Positions 54,481-64,000 of a DNA stretch of 64,000 nt are shown here, in pieces. Below the pieces are notes generated by a model. The model made no database searches. It worked only from the letters and a program-made list of their open reading frames with translations, and was not told where the DNA came from. The translations under genes and the position numbers were made by a program. Positions within the stretch are counted from its first letter, which is position 1. Each line of letters begins with the position of its first letter. This DNA is from Eledone cirrhosa (Eukaryota), in the NCBI GenBank assembly GCA_964016885.1, contig OZ024763.1, positions 14,198,001 through 14,262,000 of the forward strand, in the 5' to 3' direction.

Positions 54481-54860
54481 TATGCTAGGGAAAGGATCAG
54501 GGGTGTATATCAAAGTATCTACTCTTGTCTGTTCTCTTATCCATGTGTCTACTCTTGTCTGTACTCTTATCCATGTGTATGCTTGTATGTAACTATATGT
54601 TGACAGCACCCGCCCAACTGTGACTGATAACAACCCTTATTTTTATTTTTATTTTTATTTTTATTTTTACTTTTATTTTTATTTTTATTCTTATCCTCTA
54701 TCGTCTATTATTGCCTTTCATTCTTCAATGTCTTGGATTTGTTATTGCTTGTATGGTATGGAATTAACCTTTATGCTCTGATGAGTCCCACTTATAGTGC
54801 GGATGAAACAATGTTAGCAAGTAAAGATATGCATATGCTATAAGCGTTCTTTGTTATTTA
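54481..54860 (+). mobile_element. Probable Penelope-like 3' terminal fragment between two TA tracts
   Basis: Carries a canonical minimal hammerhead, a 30-bp tandem duplication (tctactcttgtctgt.ctcttatccatgtg) and a T-rich tract. PLE assignment is by inference. Confidence 0.5.
54774..54819 (+). ncRNA. Minimal type-I hammerhead ribozyme
   Basis: Stem I tgct/agca, CTGATGA, stem II gtcc-cac/gtg-c-ggat, GAAA, stem III ac/gt, cleavage triplet GTT. Confidence 0.8.
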
Positions 54861-54861
54861 T

Positions 54862-55186
54862 TTATTATATATATAGATATATATATATAGATATATATAT
54901 ATATAGATATATATATAGATATATATATAGATATATATATATAGATATATATATAGATATATATATATAGATATATATATAGATATATAGATATATATAG
55001 ATAGATATAGATATATATATAGATATATATATATAGATATATATAGATATATATAGACATATAGATATATATATATATATAGATATATAGATCTATATAT
55101 AGATATATAGATATATATATAGATATATAGATATATATATATATTTATATATAGATATATATAGATATATATATATATATATATAT
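54862..55186. repeat. (TA)n/(TAGA)n microsatellite
   Basis: Same composition as 52634-54480. Confidence 0.95.
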
Positions 55187-55746
55187 GGTGGCTGCCAACT
55201 CGTTTTCGAGTACGGCCACTACTTTATATCCATGTAGGAGAACCCCTACCGATGCGCTGAACGAGTGTGACTTTTTAGTCCAGCCAGCATATTGAAAACT
55301 CTGGTACAAACACTACACTTGTGACAATTATTGACACATAGTGCTGGGCCCATGGTACCATGTGAGGACAAGTGCAGAGAGATCTCCAGATATAAAGCAA
55401 TGCCTGTGCCGTGAAGCTTTTATAGTGAGCAAAGGCACTGCACAAAGCCAGTCCCACTCTCTTAACCAAGATGATATTTACCAAAAAGAAGAATAAGTCA
55501 ACATCATTGGATACCATCAGGGTTGCAGGTGTTATATCAGAGTTTTCCTTCTCCTAGAATTCTGCCTCGACAAAGGCTAAGGGGTCATCTCTCCCGGTGA
55601 TTTTGGATGGCCATTGACTCTTAAGAGCTCCTTTGCCCTTTGACAGGTTTTGTTTTTAGTCCTGCAGGATGTCCAAAGTCACCCTCCTCACCAAGAAACC
55701 TTGGTGGGGTTGCCAGTTTAGTCGCCAACGACCCGACCATGAGACC
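55187..55746. mobile_element. Unclassified interspersed-repeat-like segment between TA tracts
   Basis: Sharp compositional boundaries at (TA)n on both sides and no convincing ORF. Family not identified. Confidence 0.35.
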
Positions 55747-55865
55747 TATATATCATACAAGTATATATATACACATACATACAAGTATATATATATATTG
55801 AAAACCATATTATTATACATAAGTATATATATATATATATATTGAAAACCATATTATTATACATA

Positions 55866-55890
<25 letters not shown>

Positions 55891-55897
<7 letters not shown>

Positions 55898-55921
55898 CAT
55901 CGCTATTTCAGATCACCAATA

Positions 55922-55997
<76 letters not shown>

Positions 55998-56048
55998 CAT
56001 ATATATATACATATTGGTATTGGTGATCTGAAATAGCGATGTATACAT
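55891..56048. repeat. Inverted repeat (~38-bp perfect arms) around a (TA)n spacer
   Basis: atgtatacatcgctatttcagatcaccaataccaatat ... atattggtattggtgatctgaaatagcgatgtatacat. Confidence 0.92.
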
Positions 56049-59000
56049 GAATGTATGTATAGTATATTTGGAAATATACTGTATGTTTAATTTAAAACAT
56101 TTTGAAGACCATTCGCTATGAGCTTTAAAGTTGTAACTATGTCACTTACTTATTCTCGGCAAAAACAAAGAAGAGTGATCGACAATCTGTTTCTCGCTTG
56201 TTAGCGTTTATCAAGACCACATACTCCATTGCTTCTGCCGAGATTTATAGAAGATGGATTCTTATAGAATTCCAGTGATATTTAAGAGCTGGCAGTACGG
56301 TACGTTACTATATGATATGATATGATATGATATGAAAACAAGACTGTTTAAAGAAAGACAAAGACAATCACATCCACAATTTAATATCTGAAGATCAACA
56401 TTTTTCACGATATAAATAAAACAAAATATGTAAAGTTAAGTGACCTCTGATTTATTCAGTGACAAAATATATATCGATAGGGTTTCCAATCTCAGAAATA
56501 TCTCCACTAGAGATGTGTGTGTATATCTTTATTATTCCTTTGAAAAAAATTATATATTTCACTATTTCCAAAGTCCTGACAGATATTGTAACTCCATCTG
56601 TAGATTCATTTAAATACATTGCATTTGATTTACGTGAAATTAAATATATAATTTTGTTTTCAAGTACCAAAATAAAAACACATTAGCAAGGTTTTCAGTC
56701 TCTTAAATGCGTGGATGTTATAGACACTTAACTATTGTTGTAGGGCTGTCGTATTTACAGTCATGTGTGCATTTAAATCTGACTGAGTCAATCCTCCCAT
56801 CTTCCTGGTCTAAAAACAGCCTATTTATTTTACAGGAGAAAAAGTAATCACAAAGTAAAGTATCCAGCTAAGAAATGATTCCGTAGTAAGTGTCATAAGA
56901 AAGATTTGTAGGTCTAAGAAACCTAACAAATAGATTTCAAATTTATCGGCAATTAAACAAAACTTAAAAATAAGCAAACGTTTTTCTATCTACGTCTCAC
57001 CTGAAGAAAAAAAAACAAAAACAAAACCGCTCGAATTATTACGAGGTGTGTAAACAGATGAATATAGCTAATAAACCATTAATTTATCTATTGTGTGTAA
57101 ACATACTCTAACACAGACATGTCCTAAGAAAAACATAACATTACCGTTTATAAACACATTTCGGAGTCATACTTACTAAATCTATTTTAGCATTTCTTTA
57201 ATAAAGAACAACATATGGTGTTTGACATAATTGAAGAAAAAAATCGTTTTACTATTTCATAAGCTCTGGCAGATATTGAAATCCTATCTATAGATTCATT
57301 TAAATATATTATATTGGACTTGCAGGAATTTAAAACTGATGAAATTATTTTTGAACTTTTGTTTTCCAGTACCAAAATAAAAATACATTAGTAAGGTTTT
57401 CAGTCTCATAAATGCGTGGTTGTTATAGACACTTAACTATTGTTGTAGGGGTGTCGTAATTACCGTCATGTGGGCATTTAAACCTGACTGAGTCAATCCT
57501 CCCCTCCTCCTGGTCTAAAAACAGCCGATTTATTTTGCCAGAGAGAAAGAGATACTTTTCTTGTCTTTAAACGTTAATTTTGCACTTGACTTATAATTCG
57601 TTTTTCTTCTCTTAGATAGAATAAACCTCAACAATTATATTCAACATAACTCATATTAGTCTTCACAGTCAAGGACCTGTTTTTACTATATCTACTTCAA
57701 GCTGTTATAGGTGGAATAAGGCAGTACAACCCAAACTAAAGTGTCAAAAGAAGGGACACTGATATAAGGTTTGTAGGTCCAAGCAACCTAAGAATAGATT
57801 TTAAAGTTATCGGCAATTAAACAAAACTTATAAATAGGCAATAATGAAGACAATTCTGACCAAGATTAGACAACTCTCACATCCATATTAGCCTCTGTCA
57901 ATTCAGTAGACCACTTAACTTTATTAATAATCAGAAAACAAGGCCACTTATTGACAATAGACCAGACAAAACATTTACCAAGAATTACTACAACGATGGT
58001 GCGAGAAGATCGTGGTTTCTAAATCAGAGAATGTTTCTTTAAGAAACACAAGCGTATAAAAAATAGAAGGGATATTGACAGTGCATAGAACTAGGAAATA
58101 ACTTCTATCAAATAGATTTTCTAGTGACTAGGAACTTAGTAGCTCCAGTTATAATTGTGTTACACATGTTCAGTAAGTATTTTTCTATTGAAATCAAACT
58201 TAAAGGTATACTAAAGCCACAGACGTTTTTATATATATGTTTCACCTAAAGTAAAAGAACGTACGAATTATTACAAGCAGTGTAAACACGAATTAAAGCT
58301 AATAAATGTACCAAGAAGGCTACCACAAGATTTGCAATTCATTCAAGAAGAAATCAAACTTATGCATATGTCGACGACATAATTATGGCTAGAGAGGACA
58401 TTCACTGAACATGACGAATCTACAACTAGAGGTGGAAGACAAGAGAAACGACCATCCTACCAGAAATATATGTTATGATATTAAATATTTCTTGTACTGT
58501 CATGTTTTTTCTTTAAAACGTTTGCATCTCAATAAAGTGGAGAAAACTATTATATACTGTTGTTATATCATTATACTTTAGTTTTAAGTTGTTATTTCTA
58601 ACTCTTCACATTAGAAACAATACAAATTTAGTAAAATCCTATATGTGTATAAATATAATGTATGTAAGTGTGTTTGAAAGTATATAATAATAATAATATG
58701 CATGTTGACAAAGAGTTGTAAAAACAAAGCAAGTCAACCTACAGTTCTACACTAACAGAGACGGCATAGAAAACGTTACCTCTTACAAACAAATGCGAAA
58801 GAGATCGTTTCGAAAATACCGGTGTACACTAAATATATTACCGGTACAACTATTTCAGTTTACCCTTTTATAAACTCACTCCAGTCATTTCAAATCGTGT
58901 TCAGAGTACCGGTAATAAGAAAAAAATAAAGCGTCTGCAAAATTTCTAAATCTGCTAAAAATGACAGCTAAATCTCTCACTCTGTCTCCAATATGTAATA

Positions 59001-60848
59001 AACTGTGACTCATATATATATATTTGTATGTATGTGTGTATAAATATATATGTATATATCTAAGAATGTACATACACACACACATGTATATATATATATG
59101 TATACATATATACATACATGCATATATATATATATATGTGTGTGTGTGTGTCTATATATGTATATATATATCTGTACATATATGTGTAAATATGTATATA
59201 TATTAGTGTATATATATATTGCTATGTATATGCATATTCGTATAATTATACTGTATATTATTAGTTCATATATTCATATATAGTTATCCCCCCCCCCTCG
59301 TCATTCCTAGGGTTTACGGCCCTAGAGAACCAGAGAATAGTGAAGAACCGCGAATATTGTAGGCGGTCCATAGAAATGCCTATAAACCTCAAAATACAAC
59401 GTAAAATATAATAAAAATCGAATGAGCGTCTTATGCGAAGGGGTGTCCAATAAGCCAGCAAATACAATATATTATTGTTAATAATTTAGCGTTAAAACAA
59501 TATATATTGTCACAAAAAAAGCATATTCCTTTGTCCTGTCTGTACATTCAGCAAAGGATACACAATTGGTAGACAACTATAAGTGCACTCCCTAACAGCA
59601 CACACACACACATATATATATATATTCAAGCGTGGGAGATACTATGGGACATTGACCAGGGTTTTACGCGGCCGTAGATGCCCTAAAACTGCTCATATCG
59701 GGCTTTGCGTTGTGTTCTTGAACAAGATACTTTATTTTTCGTTGCTTTAAATCACTCAGCAGTAGAAATTAGTTGGACATCAGTGGCGTGGAACTACACG
59801 CACTGTTGACAACTAAGAATGTAGATGAAGTGTCAAAAAAAAACAACGAAAGTCAATGAAGTTTCGTAAGAAGAAACTAAGGTCCCTTGCAAAAATGATT
59901 TTGTGCTACGGGGGTTAAAGCAATAACGATCTAATTAAAACTGATCAACAGTTAATCTTTGATAACAATGATGATATCTAAAACAAAATTCGTTCAAAAC
60001 TTAAGTTCTATGGCCAAAACGAGACGGGTGTAATATTGACCCCCCAACAAAGACGACAGATCTCAAAAAGATTCCAGTTAATATTAATAACCAGAACATA
60101 GCAACCAACATCAGGTGTGACAGCAGCAAATCCTCCAAAACGAGAGGATATGATGAAGGGAAATGGAATTATATTATTTACCAACTTAATAATAATAAAA
60201 CAAATACGCTATGATCAAGAAATATGTGGGAGGGGTGGCAGAAGCTAAACAAACCTAACGTTTAAATAATTATTGCTGACATTATGGAAGGAAATAAACA
60301 TAAAATGTTTCAATAAACTGTTCAACATGAAATAAAGCTTTACTTTACCTCCGTAAAAATGGTAAAAATCCAAGTTTTTTTTATTCACGTTGGAAAACAT
60401 GAAGTTCTTCCAGCAGCCATTTTATTTTTTTTAAACAGAGTTACCCGAAGTACACATGTGCAAAAAAGTAGACATCAATGCGCATGCACAAAGTATTTAT
60501 GTGAAGTCGTCAGTCTTTAAAATCGTGAGTTCAATTCTCAGTTGAGCAAGACACTATATTTCACGTTGCTCCAAATCACACAGCAGTAGAAATTAGTTGG
60601 ACAACAAACGGTTTCTCTCTACGTACAAGAGGACACACGTGAGTGCTTCAATTATCATTTCGTGCGGATAACAGTTTTCAAATATATACAAGAGAAGGAT
60701 AATTGTGTGGATATCTCTCAACTGTAAACTTCTGAGATTCCAGGAACACATCCTGTGCGCCATCTCAACTTTGCTGATATTTTATAAGTGGCCCAGCTTA
60801 CGTTGTTATCAACAATTATTCCCAGGTTTCTGAATCTCTCTCTCTCTC

Positions 60849-60912
<64 letters not shown>

Positions 60913-60929
60913 GAGAGAGAGAGAGAGAT

Positions 60930-62686
60930 TGTATGAAACTAGTGTTTTTGAAAATGTCAAATAAAAAATCTGTATGAAACTAGTGTTTTTGAAAATGTCA
61001 AATAAAAGATCTGTATGAAACTAGTGTTTTTGAAAATGTAAAAAAAAAAATCTGTATGAAACTAGTGTTTTTGAAAATGTCAAAAAAAAAATCTGTATGA
61101 AACTAGTGTTTTTGAAAATGTCAAAAAAAAGATTTGTATGAAACTAGTGTTTTTGAAAGTGTCAAAAAAAAAAATCTATATGAAACTAGTGTTTTTGAAA
61201 ATGTCAAAAACAAAATCTATATGAAACTAGTGTTTTTGAAAATGTCAAAAAAAAAATCTGTATGAAACTAGTGTTTTTGAAAATGTAAAAAAAAAAATCT
61301 GTATGAAACTAGTGTTTTTGAAAATGTCAAAAAAAAAAATCTGTATGAAACTAGTGTTTTTGAAAATGTCAAAAAAAAAGATCTGTATGAAACTAGTGTT
61401 TTTGAAAGTGTCAAAAAAAAAATCTCTATGAAACTAGTGTTTTTGAAAATGTCAAAAAAAAAATCTATATGAAACTAGTGTTTTTGAAAATGTCAAAAAA
61501 AAAATCTGTATGAAACTAGTGTTTTTGAAAATGTCAAAAAAAAAATCTGTATGAAACTAGTGTTTTTGAAAATGTAAAAAAAAAAATCTATATGAAACTA
61601 GTGTTTTTGAAAATGTAAAAAAAAAATATATATGAAACTAGTGTTTTTGAAAATGTCAAAAAAAAATCTGTATGAAACTAGTGTTTTTGAAAATGTCAAA
61701 AAAAAAATCTATATGAAACTAGTGTTTTTGAAAATGTCAAATAAAAAATCTATATGAAACTAGTGTTTTTGAAAATGTCAAAAACAAAATCTATATGAAA
61801 CTAGTGTTTTTGAAAATGTCAAAAAAAAAATCTATATGAAACTAGTGTTTTTGAAAATGTCAAAAACAAAATCTATATGAAACTAGTGTTTTTGAAAATG
61901 TAAAAAAAAAAATCTATATGAAACTAGTGTTTTTGAAAATGTCAAAAAAAAAATCTGTATGAAACTAGTGTTTTTGAAAATGTCAAAAAAAAATCTGTAT
62001 GAAACTAGTGTTTTTGAAAATGTAAAAAAAAAAATCTGTATGAAACTAGTGTTTTTGAAAATGTCAAAAAAAAAATCTGTATGAAACTAGTGTTTTTGAA
62101 AATGTAAAAAAAAAATCTGTATGAAACTAGTGTTTTTGAAAATGTCAAAAAAAAATCTATATGAAACTAGTATTTTTGAAAATGTCAAAAAAAAATCTGT
62201 ATGAAACTAGTGTTTTTGAAAATGTCAAATAAAAAATCTGTATGAAACTAGTGTTTTTGAAAATGTCAAAAACAAAATCTATATGAAACTAGTGTTTTTG
62301 AAAATGTCAAAAACAAAATCTATATGAAACTAGTGTTTTTGAAAATGTCAAAAAAAAAATCTATATGAAACTAGTGTTTTTGAAAATGTCAAAAACAAAA
62401 TCTATATGAAACTAGTGTTTTTGAAAATGTCAAAAACAAAATCTATATGAAACTAGTGTTTTTGAAAATGTAAAAAAAAAAATCTATATGAAACTAGTGT
62501 TTTTGAAAATGTAAAAAAAAAATCTATATGAAACTAGTGTTTTTCAAAATGTCAAAAAAAAAATGTATGAAACTAGTGTTTTTGAAAATGTCAAAAAAAA
62601 ATCTGTATGAAACTAGTGTTTTTGAAAATGTCAAAAAAAAAATCTGTATGAAACTAGTGTTTTTGAAAATGTCAAAAAAAAAATCT
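60930..62686. repeat. ~41-bp satellite (tgtatgaaactagtgtttttgaaaatgtcaaaaaaaaaatc)n, roughly 43 units
   Basis: Homogeneous head-to-tail units that vary mainly in A-tract length. Copy number estimated from span divided by unit length. Confidence 0.97.
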
Positions 62687-62903
62687 GATTCACTCTACCT
62701 AATGTCCACCACCATTAATTCACTCTACCTAATGTCCACCACCACTGATTCACTCTACCTAATGTCCACCACCACTGATTCACTCTACCTAATGTCCACC
62801 ACCACTGATTCACTCTACCCAATGTCCACCACTGGTTCACTCTACCTAATATCCACCACCACTGATTCACTCTACCTAATGTCAACCGCCATTGATTTAC
62901 TCA
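62685..62903. repeat. 30-bp minisatellite (ctgattcactctacctaatgtccaccacca), about 7 units
   Basis: Direct tandem units immediately after the 41-bp array. Confidence 0.95.
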
Positions 62904-63199
62904 ATCTCTCTCTCATGTGTATATATATATACACATGAGAGAGAGAGATTGTGTGTATATAATGTGGGTTAATATAAAATATATTTCGAAGAATTTCTAC
63001 AGAAAGACAATGTTTACTAATCTGTGAGATATATACATGTTCAAATTTCAAACACTCCCAACAGTTTTATAATTCATAAGGTTTATATATAATATAATAA
63101 AGTTGCCTATACTATACTAATGTATTGAGTACCTTTTTTAACTGTGGTTACCTCCCCTTTCCCCATCCCGATACATTTCGGGGATCTACATATATATAT

Positions 63200-63352
63200 A
63201 TATTTATTAAAATAACAGATTAAAGTTTAAGCAAAGAATCGCTGCTTTCACCCTTAACGGGATCTTCTGAAACTCAGAGTTTCAGAAGATCCCGTTAAGG
63301 GTGAAAGCAGCGATTCTTTGCTTAAACTTTAATCTGTTATTTTAATAAATAT
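63200..63352. repeat. Perfect palindrome, 76-bp arms with a 1-nt centre, containing a hammerhead-like motif
   Basis: Arms are exact reverse complements around A63276. The right arm is homologous to 18607-18680 and 40735-40810. Confidence 0.93.
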
Positions 63353-64000
63353 TTGCTCTACGGTTCTTATATATTTGATATATATGTATCCTTATCGATA
63401 TATGTATCCTTTGGATTTTAGTCTTCAAATTTATTATTATTACTATATATATATATATATATATAATGTATGTATATATATATAAAATGTATGTATATAT
63501 CTCACATGTCAGAAATTCATGTAATCAACTATTTAATAAAAAGAAAAATAGGAGGAAAAAATATTAAAAAATTCTCCCACACCCCACCCACCCTGAAAAA
63601 GAAGGAAAGAAAAGCAGAATTTGTATGTAAAGATATTTGACATTTTAAAGAAAAATTTAGTGAGGGTTTTTTGTGAGATGGGGTGGGGTGGTCTAATACG
63701 TTTTGTTGTTGTTGTCTGAGCAGATTATGAGGTATAGCTGTTATACATGTCTTTCTCTACCTCTCTCTCTGTATATACTTAAACATATATATGTATGTCT
63801 ATATATATATACGTATACATATAGTGTGTGTGTGTGTGTGTGTGTGTGTATGCATGTGTATATATATATGCATACATATATGTAATATATATATCATCTA
63901 TCAGTATGTTGATGATGATGATAATAGTGTGAAATAAAATATAGAAAAACACTAAATTGTATTTTACTCTTGTTTATCTTTCCTCACATATTAACCCTTT

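Noticed and set aside
60930-62938. 41-bp array as CRISPR, and ORF 62528-62938 as a repeat protein
   Set aside because: Head-to-tail units have no spacers. The ORF is a chance read-through of two arrays with frame-varying A-tracts.

Overview
Repeat-saturated animal genomic DNA with no intact long host ORF. The SINE, RTE and microsatellite content resembles octopod cephalopod genomes (inference). About 1-47.7 kb is a nested duplication. A ~22-23.5 kb-offset segmental duplication (copy A ~1-19950, copy B ~28340-42045) carries a purine-rich GA satellite, a 24-bp minisatellite and minus-strand exons of an unidentified protein gene, damaged in complementary ways in the two copies. Five related ~2-6.5 kb units each mix degraded LINE fragments (CR1-like in four of them), SINEs and tRNA-like repeats. 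The right part holds a young 5'-truncated Tx1/L1-clade LINE (RT ORF 50957-52633) inside a ~1.85 kb (TA)/(TAGA) tract, a MITE-like hairpin, and 39-, 41- and 30-bp tandem arrays. The most notable hidden layer is a set of minimal type-I hammerhead-ribozyme motifs (CTGANGA...GAAA) from several Penelope-like families, mostly in fold-back arrangement next to (TA)n. Almost all long ORFs in the supplied track are low-complexity artefacts.
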